NCBI GenBank assembly: GCA_003244045.1
Contig: QHBU01000153.1
Span: 67 to 64,066, forward strand
DNA: 64,000 bases
Origin: Candidatus Aeolococcus gillhamiae
Lineage (GTDB): Bacteria > Chloroflexota > Dormibacteria > Aeolococcales > Aeolococcaceae
Direction of reading: 5' to 3'
Both the position numbers and the translations under genes were made by a program. The notes under the pieces were generated by a model. It searched no databases and was not told the DNA's origin. It saw only the letters and a program-made list of their open reading frames with translations. Below are positions 32,308 to 41,553 of this stretch, in pieces (position 1 is the first letter of the stretch; each line of letters begins with the position of its first letter).

Positions 32308-34875
32308 GTGACCGCGATCGTCAGCCCCATCGCCCTGGTCCTGCTGGCGGGCACGGCAACCGTCGCGACCGGCCTGCGCTGGCGCCTGCTCATCAAGGCG
32401 ATGCTGCGCAGCCGCCGTCCCGATCCACGCTTCGACAGCGTCGGTGAGCGCGTCAAGGCCTTCTTTGTGTACGTCATCGCCCAGGGCCGGCTGCTGCGCT
32501 GGCCCTACGCCGGCATCCTCCACGCGCTCATCTTCTGGGGATTCCTGGTCCTGCTCACCGCCATCGCCCAGGCGATCGTCGAAGCACTCTGGCAGGGCTT
32601 TCGGTTCAACGACGTCCCGGCCGCCTTCGTCATCGCCTTCGCGCAGGACATCTTCTGCGTCGCCGTCCTGGCCGGCGTCGGGCTCGCGCTCATCAACCGT
32701 CTGATTGTCAATCCCACCCGTTTCCGCGGCAGCCACCGCGCCGACGCCGTGCTGATCCTCGGCTGGATCGGCACCCTGCTCATCTTCATGACCCTGAACT
32801 ACGCGACGCTGATCGCGCAGGGCAAACCGGCGCAGGCGATGGCCGCCGACCGCCCGTTCGCGAGCGCGGTGTCGCGGCTCTTCACGCCGCTCGGCGCCAA
32901 CAGCAACGTGCTCGTCGGCTTGCACGGGCTCTTCTTCTGGGCCCACCTCGTGCTCGTCTTCGGCTTCCTCGTGTACCTCGGCTACAGCAAGCACCTCCAT
33001 ATCGTCAGCGCCGCCCCCAACGTCGTCTTCAAGTCCACCAAGCCGAAGGGCCGGCTGCCGTTGCTCGACATCGAGGCCGTGATGAACGCCGAGGACGAGA
33101 CCGACCAGCACTTCGGCCCGGTCACGCTCGAGCATTTCAGCTGGAAAGACATGCTCGACCTCTACACGTGTACCGAGTGCGGCCGCTGCCAGACGCACTG
33201 CCCCGCGTACAACACCGGCAAGGTGCTCTCACCGAAGACGCTGATCACCGATCTGCGAGATCACCTCTACGAGAACCTCGCCGGCGGCTACGGCGCCACC
33301 ACGCACGACGCCTACGTCGCGCAGGGCGCCAATCCCGACGGCACGCCGGCGCCGGACGGCGCGGTGATGTGGGCCACAGGCGATCACCACCCCGGCGCCC
33401 TGCACGACCTGCCCGGGCACTTCCAGCCGTCCTGGATCGCGCCCGACAAGGTCGCCGCGGCGGCGGAGGCCAACGGCGGCGAGCGTCCGCTGTTCGGGGG
33501 CACCATCGCCGACGACACCCTCTGGGCGTGCACCACCTGCGGCGCGTGCATGGATCAGTGCCCGGTGCTCATCGAGCACGTGCCCAAGATCATCGAGATG
33601 CGCCGTCACCTCGTCCTCGACGAGTCGCGGATGCCCAAGCAGGCCGAGACCGCGCTGCGTGGCATCGAGAACGTGTTCAACCCGTATGGCCTCTCCCACC
33701 AGACGCGCGCCGACTGGGCCAAGGACCTCGGCGTCAAGTTCGCCGCTGACAAGCCCGACGCCGAATACCTCTACTGGGTGGGCTGCGCCGCGTCGTTCGA
33801 CGACCGCGCCAAGACCATCGCCACCGCGCTGGTGAAGATCCTCCAGGCCGGTGACGTGGATTTCGCCATCCTCGGCACCGAGGAGAAGTGCAACGGCGAC
33901 CCCGCGCGCCGCATCGGCAACGAGTACCTCTTCCAGGAGCGCGCCAAGGAGAACGTCGAGGTCCTCAAGAAGTACAGCGTGCGCAAGATCATCGCCTCCT
34001 GCCCGCACTGCTTCAACACGTTCGCCAATGAGTACAAGGATTTCGGTGGTGACTACGAGGTGGTGCACCACACCCAGATGATCGAGCGCCTGCTCGCCGA
34101 CGGCCGCATCACCCTCGACCAGGCCAAGCGCCAGGAGGAGACGATCACGTACCACGACTCCTGCTACCTGGGACGCTGGAACGACATCTTCGCGCCGCCG
34201 CGCGACATCCTCGAGCAGATCCCCGGGCTCAAGGTCGTCGAGATGGCGCGCAATCGCAACGAGGGGATGTGCTGCGGCGCCGGGGGCGGACGCATGTGGA
34301 TGGAGGAGGACCAGCCGCGCGTCAACCACAAGCGCGTCGAGCAGGCGGCTGCGACCGAGGCGACCAAGGTGGCCACGGCGTGCCCGTTCTGCCTGTCGAT
34401 GTTCGACGAGGGCATCGCCAGCAAGCAGCTCGGCGAGCGCCTCGCGGTCGACGATGTCGCCGTGTACGTGGCGCGCTCGCTGGCCGGCGCCGCGGGTGAG
34501 GAGGCGGTGGCCGCAGTGAGCGCCGCCGAGCACGCCGCCGCGGAGTCCCAGAGCTCGACCGAGGGAGCCACGGCACCCGCCGTCGCCGAGCAGGACGCGC
34601 CGGAGCAGGCGCCGCCGCCGTCTCCCGGCGAGGCTCCGCCCGAGGTCCCCGCACAGCCGGCCACACCGAGCCCCGAGATCCCCGGCGAGCCGTCGGGACC
34701 ACAACCGGAGGTGCCTGCAGAGCCGGCGGTCCCCGAGCCGGAGATCCCCGCCGAACCAACCACGCCGAGCCCCGAGGTCCCCGCCGAGCCCACCGTCCCC
34801 GACCCCGGCGGTCCGGGCGTCCCGGACGAGGTGCCCAGCATCGACACACCAGACGGGCCGAGAGCCAGCGCGTAG
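32308..34875 (+). CDS. membrane-anchored (Fe-S)-binding oxidoreductase with CCG domains (heterodisulfide-reductase/GlpC-like)
   Basis: GTG 32308. N-terminal polytopic segment. CTECGRCQTHCP and CTTCGACMDQCP ferredoxin motifs. Two Cys-rich CCG-type regions (CPHC..., MCCGAGGG). Pro-rich C-terminal tail. Confidence 0.85.
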   Translation: MTAIVSPIALVLLAGTATVATGLRWRLLIKAMLRSRRPDPRFDSVGERVKAFFVYVIAQGRLLRWPYAGILHALIFWGFLVLLTAIAQAIVEALWQGFRFNDVPAAFVIAFAQDIFCVAVLAGVGLALINRLIVNPTRFRGSHRADAVLILGWIGTLLIFMTLNYATLIAQGKPAQAMAADRPFASAVSRLFTPLGANSNVLVGLHGLFFWAHLVLVFGFLVYLGYSKHLHIVSAAPNVVFKSTKPKGRLPLLDIEAVMNAEDETDQHFGPVTLEHFSWKDMLDLYTCTECGRCQTHCPAYNTGKVLSPKTLITDLRDHLYENLAGGYGATTHDAYVAQGANPDGTPAPDGAVMWATGDHHPGALHDLPGHFQPSWIAPDKVAAAAEANGGERPLFGGTIADDTLWACTTCGACMDQCPVLIEHVPKIIEMRRHLVLDESRMPKQAETALRGIENVFNPYGLSHQTRADWAKDLGVKFAADKPDAEYLYWVGCAASFDDRAKTIATALVKILQAGDVDFAILGTEEKCNGDPARRIGNEYLFQERAKENVEVLKKYSVRKIIASCPHCFNTFANEYKDFGGDYEVVHHTQMIERLLADGRITLDQAKRQEETITYHDSCYLGRWNDIFAPPRDILEQIPGLKVVEMARNRNEGMCCGAGGGRMWMEEDQPRVNHKRVEQAAATEATKVATACPFCLSMFDEGIASKQLGERLAVDDVAVYVARSLAGAAGEEAVAAVSAAEHAAAESQSSTEGATAPAVAEQDAPEQAPPPSPGEAPPEVPAQPATPSPEIPGEPSGPQPEVPAEPAVPEPEIPAEPTTPSPEVPAEPTVPDPGGPGVPDEVPSIDTPDGPRASA

Positions 34876-34924
34876 GCGCCCCCAGCCATAATCAGCCACC
34901 GCTCATCGATCCTGGAGGAGAGAC

Positions 34925-35347
34925 GTGGCATACGAAGCGTACAGCCCGGAGTGGGCGGAGGCCTTCAAAGCTGAGATCAACAAGTCGCCCGTGTACAAGC
35001 AGGCCGCGGCCAACTGGGAGGGCACAGTCGGTCTCGTCGTCCTCGCCGAGCCCGACAAGAACGTGCCCGACGACATGGGCATCTTCCTCGACCTCTGGCA
35101 CGGTGAGGCGCGCGAGGTGCGGCCGACGACCCGCGAGGAAGCCGAGGCGGCCCAGTACGTGATCACCGGGGCCTACTCGCGCTGGAAGAAGGTCGCCAAG
35201 GGTGAGATGGACGCGACCAAGGGGATCATGCTGGGACAGCTCAAGCTGAAGGGCGACTTTCCGACGCTGGTGCGCTACACCAAGGCCAGCCAGGAACTGA
35301 CCGAGTGCACCACCCGCGTCCCGGTCAACTGGCCGGACGAGGCCTGA
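34925..35347 (+). CDS. SCP2 sterol-carrier-like domain protein
   Basis: WAEAFKAEINKSPVYKQAAANWEGTV...IMLGQLKLKGDFPTLVRY is a typical SCP2 pattern. Confidence 0.8.
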   Translation: MAYEAYSPEWAEAFKAEINKSPVYKQAAANWEGTVGLVVLAEPDKNVPDDMGIFLDLWHGEAREVRPTTREEAEAAQYVITGAYSRWKKVAKGEMDATKGIMLGQLKLKGDFPTLVRYTKASQELTECTTRVPVNWPDEA

Positions 35348-35363
35348 GCGCGGCGGCTCGACG

Positions 35364-36374
35364 GTGAACGTGTTCGACGGTCGGACCATCCTGGTCACGG
35401 GCGGGACCGGTTCCTTCGGCAACCATTTCACGCGCGCCCTCCTCGCGCACGCCAACCCGGCGGCGGTGCGCATCTTCAGCCGCGATGAGCTGAAGCAGTC
35501 GGAGATGGCGCGCCGGATCGACGACCCGCGGTTGCGGTTCCTCATCGGCGACGTGCGCGACCGCGATCGCCTTCGCCGGGCAGTCGACGGCGTGGACATC
35601 GTCGTCCACGCCGCTGCCCTCAAGCAGGTGCCAGCCTGCGAGTACAACCCCTTCGAGGCGGTGCGGACCAACATCCTCGGTGCACAGAACGTCGCCGAGG
35701 TCTGCATCGACGCCGGTGTCCCCCGAGCGGTCGCCCTCAGCACGGACAAGGCAGTGAGCCCGGCCAACCTCTACGGAGCCACCAAGCTGTGCGCGGAGCG
35801 GCTGTTCATCCAGGCCAACGTCTACGCCGGGGCGCACCAGACCCTGCTCTCGTGCGTGCGCTACGGCAACGTCGTCGGGTCACGGGGCAGCGTCATTCCG
35901 CTCTTCCTCGACCAGGCGTCGTCCGGGGAGCTGACCGTCACTGATGAGCGCATGACAAGGTTCTGGATCACGCTCGACCAGGCCGTTGCCTTCGTCGTCG
36001 AGTGCATCAGCCGCATGCAGGGCGGTGAGCTGTTCATCCCCAAGATCCCGAGCATGCGGGTGCTCGAACTCGCCGAGGCGGTCGCCCCCGGTCTGCCCAT
36101 CCGCTATACGGGGATCCGCCCCGGCGAGAAGCTGCACGAGTCGCTGATCACGCCAGAGGAGGCCAGGCATACCCTCGATGCCGGCTGGTGCTACGTCGTC
36201 GAGCCGGAGCATCAATTCTGGGGCGGCCGCCAGATCCCCGGAGCCACGCCGGTGGCCGAGGACTTCGTGTACAGCAGCGACCGCAACACCGAGTGGCTGG
36301 ACGTCGACGCGCTGCGAGGCCTGCTTGCATCCGGTCAGAGGATTGCGGAGCCGGCGGCGATCGAGGTCGGATGA
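35364..36374 (+). CDS. pseB: UDP-N-acetylglucosamine 4,6-dehydratase (inverting), PseB/FlaA1-type
   Basis: ILVTGGTGSFGN, FIGDVRD, HAAALKQVP.CEYNP.EAV.TNI.G..NV, STDKAVSPANLYGATK. Confidence 0.85.
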   Translation: MNVFDGRTILVTGGTGSFGNHFTRALLAHANPAAVRIFSRDELKQSEMARRIDDPRLRFLIGDVRDRDRLRRAVDGVDIVVHAAALKQVPACEYNPFEAVRTNILGAQNVAEVCIDAGVPRAVALSTDKAVSPANLYGATKLCAERLFIQANVYAGAHQTLLSCVRYGNVVGSRGSVIPLFLDQASSGELTVTDERMTRFWITLDQAVAFVVECISRMQGGELFIPKIPSMRVLELAEAVAPGLPIRYTGIRPGEKLHESLITPEEARHTLDAGWCYVVEPEHQFWGGRQIPGATPVAEDFVYSSDRNTEWLDVDALRGLLASGQRIAEPAAIEVG

Positions 36375-37573
36375 CCGACCCGGGCTTGCCCGCGGTGGCG
36401 GGTGGCACCCCGCTGCGATCCCAACCCCTGCCGTACGGCCGGCATCAGCTCAGCGAGTCCGACGTCGCTGCGGTCGTCGAGTCGCTGCGCAGCGGCACGC
36501 TGACCGGGGGGCCCGGCGTCGCCGCGTTCGAGCGGGCTCTCGCCGACCGATGCGGTGCCGCGCACGCGGTCGCTGTCAGCAACGGCACTGCGGCGCTGGA
36601 CCTGGCCGTCGCCGCGCTGGGCATCGGTCCCGGCGACGAGGTGATCACGACGCCCCTGACGTTCGTCTCGACCGCCAACGCCGTAGTCCGCGCCGGCGCC
36701 ACGCCGGTGTTCGCCGACGTCGGCGCCGACAGGTGTCTGGACCCGCGCGCTACCGCCGCCGCGGTGACGGCGCGCACGCGGGCGGTCATCACCGTCGATT
36801 ACTCCGGGCTGCCCGCCGACGTCGATGCCCTGCGAGCAGCCCTGCCCCGGCCTCTCCCGGTCATTGCCGACGCGGCCCACTCACTGGGGGCGTCACTTGG
36901 CGGCCGCGCCGTGGGCTCGCTGGCCGACGTGACCACGTTCAGCTTCCATCCCGTCAAGCAGATCACCACCGGTGAGGGCGGGGCGGTGCTCACCTCCGAT
37001 GGCGCCGCCGCCGACCGCGTCCGCCACCTGCGCAACCACGGGATGACCAGCACCGCAGAGGAGCGCAGCGGGGCGCAGTGGCGCTACGACGTGACCACTC
37101 TCGGCAGCAACCATCGGTTGACGGCATTCCAGGCGGCGCTGGGGACCGCGCAGCTGGGCCGGCTCGAGGACATCGTCGCTCAGCGCTCCGAGCTCGCCGC
37201 TCGGTATGACGCACTGCTCGGCCGCATCCCTGGGATCGGCCTACCGCCTCGGCCGGACGGGCGGCGCAGCGCCTGGCACCTCTACGCGATCGAGATCGAT
37301 GCCGGTGTGTTCGGATGCAACCGCGACGCCGTCATCGACGCGTTGCGCGCCGAGGGAATTGAGGCCACCCTGCATTACCCGGCGGTCCATCTGCTTGCCC
37401 TGTACCGCTCCCGCGGCGGCCGATCCGGCACCGCGCCCCGCGCCGAGGCCCTCTGCGGCTCGCTGGTGACGCTGCCCCTGTTCCCCTCGATGACCCCAGC
37501 CGACCAGGAGGACGTCGTCACGGCGTTGACGAGGATCCAGGCGTGGGCGGGAGCACACCCGGTGGGGCGGTGA
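36371..37573 (+). CDS. pseC: DegT/DnrJ/EryC1-family aminotransferase, PseC-type
   Basis: LPYGRHQLSESDVAAVVESLRSGTLTGGP, SNGTAALDLA and FSFHPVKQITTGEGG (Lys). ATGA overlap with pseB. Confidence 0.85.
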   Translation: MTDPGLPAVAGGTPLRSQPLPYGRHQLSESDVAAVVESLRSGTLTGGPGVAAFERALADRCGAAHAVAVSNGTAALDLAVAALGIGPGDEVITTPLTFVSTANAVVRAGATPVFADVGADRCLDPRATAAAVTARTRAVITVDYSGLPADVDALRAALPRPLPVIADAAHSLGASLGGRAVGSLADVTTFSFHPVKQITTGEGGAVLTSDGAAADRVRHLRNHGMTSTAEERSGAQWRYDVTTLGSNHRLTAFQAALGTAQLGRLEDIVAQRSELAARYDALLGRIPGIGLPPRPDGRRSAWHLYAIEIDAGVFGCNRDAVIDALRAEGIEATLHYPAVHLLALYRSRGGRSGTAPRAEALCGSLVTLPLFPSMTPADQEDVVTALTRIQAWAGAHPVGR

Positions 37574-38550
37574 CCACCAGCGCGCTGCTCGTGCCGGACT
37601 GCGGGAGCGGCGTTGGCCTCGGTCACCTCGAGCGGATGCTCGCGCTCGCCGACGCGCTCCGCCCCGACGTCACCGCGATGCTCGTGGTGCCCGCCGGCGA
37701 TGACACCGTGCGGCGGCGCGTCACCGACCGTGGCCACGCGACGCTCGAGCAGGCCGGTGCCGCCGCCACGCGCGCGCTGTCGGCCGCGGCCGGCAGCGGC
37801 ACCGATGTTGTCGTGCTCGACGGCTACGTTTTCGACGTCGCCATCCAGCAGCGGCTGCGCGAGATCGCCCCACTGATCGTCGTCGACGATCTCGGGCTGC
37901 CGAGCGCCTGCGACCTGGCCGTGAACCCCGCCCCAGGCGGCGAGGCCAAGCATCCCGACGGCGCCGATTCCTTCCTGGGCGGCGCCCCCTTCGCGTTGAT
38001 CTCCGCCGCCATCGTGGAAGCACGCGACTCGGTGCCGCAACAAGGCCGGGGACGGCGCAGCGTGGTCGTCTCGACGGGTGCGGCCGACGCCAGCGGTCTC
38101 TGTGCGCTGGTGGTCGCAGGCGTGCTCTCCGGTGACGCCGGCGCCGAGGTGGTGGCCGTCGTCGGCCCGGACATGCGTCGCGATGACCTTGGCGATGATC
38201 CGCGCCTGACCGCCCTTGTCGGGCCGTCGACACTGGCGGGGGCACTCGCCAGTGCGACGCTGTTCGCGGGGGCCGCGGGCACCAGCGCGGTCCAGGCAGC
38301 GTGTGTCGGCATCCCCGCGGTGATCACGGCCACGGTGGCCAACCAGATGGACCAGGCCGCTGCCCTGGCCGACGCCGGCTGTGCCGTGCTCGCGCCGCCC
38401 CACAGAATCACCGCCGAGTGCCTCCGGCTTCTCGATGACGCGACGACCTGTGCGGAAATGTCCACCCGCGGTCGCCTCCTTGTCGACGGGCACGGGGCCG
38501 TCCGCGTCGCCGGCGCGGTGCGCCGCCTCATCCGCGCTCGGGCGGCCTGA
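37570..38550 (+). CDS. pseG: PseG/SpsG-type UDP-sugar hydrolase (GT-B fold)
   Basis: VPDCGSGVGLGHLERMLALADALR at the N-terminus, AGTSAVQAACVGIPAV toward the C-terminus. GTGA overlap with pseC. Confidence 0.65.
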   Translation: MTTSALLVPDCGSGVGLGHLERMLALADALRPDVTAMLVVPAGDDTVRRRVTDRGHATLEQAGAAATRALSAAAGSGTDVVVLDGYVFDVAIQQRLREIAPLIVVDDLGLPSACDLAVNPAPGGEAKHPDGADSFLGGAPFALISAAIVEARDSVPQQGRGRRSVVVSTGAADASGLCALVVAGVLSGDAGAEVVAVVGPDMRRDDLGDDPRLTALVGPSTLAGALASATLFAGAAGTSAVQAACVGIPAVITATVANQMDQAAALADAGCAVLAPPHRITAECLRLLDDATTCAEMSTRGRLLVDGHGAVRVAGAVRRLIRARAA

Positions 38551-39503
38551 TGCGGGCGCTCGTCCTGGGGTGCGGGTCGGTCGGGAGCCGGCACGCTCGC
38601 AACCTCACAGATCTCGGCCTCGAGGTCGCCGTTGCCGACGTCGACGAGGGTGTGGCAACCACTCTCGCCGCCGCGATCGGAGCGACACCGGTGACACGCG
38701 AGAGCGCGCCGCCGGGCGAGCTGGTGGTGGTGGCCACGCCGACCGCGGCGCATGCCGGCGACCTTGGCTGGGCGCTCGACCGGGGCGCTGACGTCTTCGT
38801 CGAGAAGCCATTGGCGTCCTCGCGGGGGGAGCTGGCCACGGCGCGAGCGCTGGCCCTCGCCCACAGGGACCGCATCGTCATGGTGGGCTGCAACCTGCGC
38901 TTCTCTGAGGGGTTCGAGACGGTGTCCTCCAACCTCGTGAGCGTCGGGCGTCCGGCCGCGCTGCTCGTCGACTTCGGCTGGTGGCTGCCGGCCTGGCGGC
39001 CGGCAGCTGACTACCGCACCCAGTACAGCGCGCGCCGCGCTCTCGGGGGAGGGATCGTCCTCGACGCCATCCATGAGCTCGACTACACGATCGCGCTCGC
39101 CGGTCCCGTCGAGCACGTCCATGGCGAGTGCGACTCGACGGGGATCCTCGACATCGACGTCGAGGACGTCGCCGACATCACCCTGCGCCATCGCGGTGGC
39201 GTGCAATCGCACGTTCACGTCGACTACCTGCGCCGCACGTACTCGCGGAGCTGCACGGTGATCGGCAGCGATGCGCAGATCACCTGGGACGTTCCGCGCG
39301 CGGTGGTCGAGCTCTCGCGCGACGCCGGGTCCGAAGCACAGATCCTGGCAGCCGGGATTGACGCCGATCCCAATGCGCAGTACGTCGCGGAGATGCGCCA
39401 CATGCTCGCCGCCATGGAGTCGCGAACGCCGACGTGCAACGATATCGAGCGCGCGGCCGCCACCACGGAGATCGCGCTGACCGCGCGCGACGGCGCTGCA
39501 TGA
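38550..39503 (+). CDS. Gfo/Idh/MocA-like NAD(P)-dependent oxidoreductase
   Basis: MRALVLGCGSVGSRHARNL Rossmann start, VFVEKPLA, VGCNLRF. Confidence 0.7.
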   Translation: MRALVLGCGSVGSRHARNLTDLGLEVAVADVDEGVATTLAAAIGATPVTRESAPPGELVVVATPTAAHAGDLGWALDRGADVFVEKPLASSRGELATARALALAHRDRIVMVGCNLRFSEGFETVSSNLVSVGRPAALLVDFGWWLPAWRPAADYRTQYSARRALGGGIVLDAIHELDYTIALAGPVEHVHGECDSTGILDIDVEDVADITLRHRGGVQSHVHVDYLRRTYSRSCTVIGSDAQITWDVPRAVVELSRDAGSEAQILAAGIDADPNAQYVAEMRHMLAAMESRTPTCNDIERAAATTEIALTARDGAA

Positions 39504-40267
39504 CGACTGTCGCGGTCATTCAGGCACGCACCGGGTCCACCAGGTTTCCCGGCAAGGTTCTCGCCGACCTCTGCGGCCGGCCGATGCTCGCTCACGTCAT
39601 CGAGCGGGTGTCGCTGGCACGCACCGTCGACCGCGTTGTGGTGGCAACCACCGAGGAGGCAGAAGACGACGCCGTCGCCGCCCTCGCCGGACAATGCAGA
39701 GTTGCGGTGACCCGCGGGCCGGTTGACGACGTCCTCAGCCGGTTCGTTCTTGCGGCCACGCAGCAGGCTGCCGACGTGGTGGTGCGCATCACCGCGGACT
39801 GCCCGCTGGTCGACCCGGCGGTCGTCGACCAGGTGGTGGAGGCGCGCGCTCTGCAGGGCGCCGACTACGCCAGCAATGTCGAGCCGGCGACGTACCCGGA
39901 CGGCTACGACGTCGAGGTGTTCACCGTCGCCTGCCTCGAACGCCTCGACCACGAAGCCGTCCTGCCGCACGAGCGAGAGCACGTCACCGCGCGCGTCCGG
40001 GAGCACCCGGATGAGTTCCGTGCTGTCCGCGTGGCCTGGGACCGCGACCTCTCGTCGATCCGTCTGACGGTCGACGTGCCGGAGGACCTTGAACGCGTCG
40101 CCGCGGTCCTGGCAGCGCTCCCGAAGGCGCCTCCACCCAACGTCGCGGCCGTGGTCGCGTACCTTGCCGGCAGGCCCGACCTCGGGCGCGGGCAGGGTCT
40201 GCCCGAGCGAGATGAGCGCTATCGTGCCCAGCGAGACGCGGCGCGGCCACAGGAGAGCTCGGGATGA
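39500..40267 (+). CDS. SpsF/FlmC-type cytidylyltransferase (candidate CMP-nonulosonate synthetase)
   Basis: VAVIQARTGSTRFPGKVLADLCGRPML, VVATT, RITADCPLVDP. This is the cytidylyltransferase family, but not the canonical NeuA/PseF GGSKG..KN motif. Confidence 0.75.
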   Translation: MTTVAVIQARTGSTRFPGKVLADLCGRPMLAHVIERVSLARTVDRVVVATTEEAEDDAVAALAGQCRVAVTRGPVDDVLSRFVLAATQQAADVVVRITADCPLVDPAVVDQVVEARALQGADYASNVEPATYPDGYDVEVFTVACLERLDHEAVLPHEREHVTARVREHPDEFRAVRVAWDRDLSSIRLTVDVPEDLERVAAVLAALPKAPPPNVAAVVAYLAGRPDLGRGQGLPERDERYRAQRDAARPQESSG

Positions 40268-41553
40268 CGGCATCGACGGCGGCCACCGACGGCGAGCTGC
40301 TCCAGCGTGCCCGGCGTGTCCTGCCGGGGATCACCCAGACCTACAGCAAGGCCCCCGACCAGCAGGTGGAGGGCGTCTACCCGGTCTTTCTCGAGCGCGG
40401 TGAGGGGTGCCGGGTGTGGGACCTGGCCGGCAACGCCTACATCGACTACCCCTGCGCGCTGGGGCCGATGGTGCTCGGCTACGCTGACGCCGAGGTCGAC
40501 GCGGCGGCGCGCGACCGTGTGAATGGCGGCCCATGCTTCTCGCTCGGGCACCGGCTCGAGGTCGAGGTGGCCGAGCTGCTCGTGGAGATGGTCCCGGGTG
40601 CCGAGATGGTGCGTTTCCTCAAGACGGGCTCGGAGGCCACCACCGCCACCGTGCGCCTGGCTCGTGCCGCCACCGGCCGTGACCACGTGGCCATGTGTGG
40701 CTACCACGGCTGGCACGACTGGGCGATCGGTCACACCACGCGCAGCGCCGGCGTGCCGCCCGCGGTGCGCGAACTGACGCATCAGTGGACCTACAACGAC
40801 CTCGAGTCGCTGCGCGCCGTGCTCGAGAAGCATCGAGGCGGCGTGGCGGCGGTGATCATGGAACCGGTCGGTGTCGAGCCGCCGGCGCCGGGCTTCCTCG
40901 AGGGCGTCCGTGCGCTGGCCGACGAGCACGGCGCGCTGCTCATCTTCGACGAGGTGATCACCGGGTTCCGGCTCGCCCCGGGAGGAGCGCAGGAATACTT
41001 CGGCGTCCTGCCCGACCTGGCCGCGTTCGGCAAAGCGATGGCCAACGGCTACCCGCTGGCAGCGGTCACGGGTCGCGCCACGGTGATGGAGCAGATCGCC
41101 TCCACGGTGTTCATCTCGAGCACGTTCGGCGGCGACACCGTCTCGCTCGCCGCGTCCCTCGCGACCATGCGGCGCATCCGCGCCGGCGGCGTCATCGAGC
41201 ACCTCTGGCGGCAGGGCGCGCGGATCATGGAGGGGTTCAACGCGCTCGCCTCCGAGCACGAGGTACCGGCGCGGATGATCGGGCTGGCACCACGCCGCGT
41301 CATCGCGTTCGAGCCGGCGGGAGGCGCGGACGGCAATGGCGTGAAAGGGCTGCTCTGGCAGGAGTGCCTCGACCGCGGTGTGCTCATGGGCAACGCCAAC
41401 TTCGTCTCCCTCGCCCACGATGATGCAGCCGTCGACGCGACACTCGATGCCTTCGACGGCGCGCTGGCGGTGGTGGGACAGGCGGTCCGCCAGGGTGACG
41501 TCACCAGCCGGCTGCGCGGGCATGAACCAGCCGAGGTGTTCCGCCGCGCATGA
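40264..41553 (+). CDS. class-III (HemL-like) PLP aminotransferase
   Basis: ERGEGCRVWDLAGNAYIDY, GSEATTATVRLARA, LIFDEVITGFR, FGKAMANGYP (Lys). Confidence 0.8.
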   Translation: MTASTAATDGELLQRARRVLPGITQTYSKAPDQQVEGVYPVFLERGEGCRVWDLAGNAYIDYPCALGPMVLGYADAEVDAAARDRVNGGPCFSLGHRLEVEVAELLVEMVPGAEMVRFLKTGSEATTATVRLARAATGRDHVAMCGYHGWHDWAIGHTTRSAGVPPAVRELTHQWTYNDLESLRAVLEKHRGGVAAVIMEPVGVEPPAPGFLEGVRALADEHGALLIFDEVITGFRLAPGGAQEYFGVLPDLAAFGKAMANGYPLAAVTGRATVMEQIASTVFISSTFGGDTVSLAASLATMRRIRAGGVIEHLWRQGARIMEGFNALASEHEVPARMIGLAPRRVIAFEPAGGADGNGVKGLLWQECLDRGVLMGNANFVSLAHDDAAVDATLDAFDGALAVVGQAVRQGDVTSRLRGHEPAEVFRRA

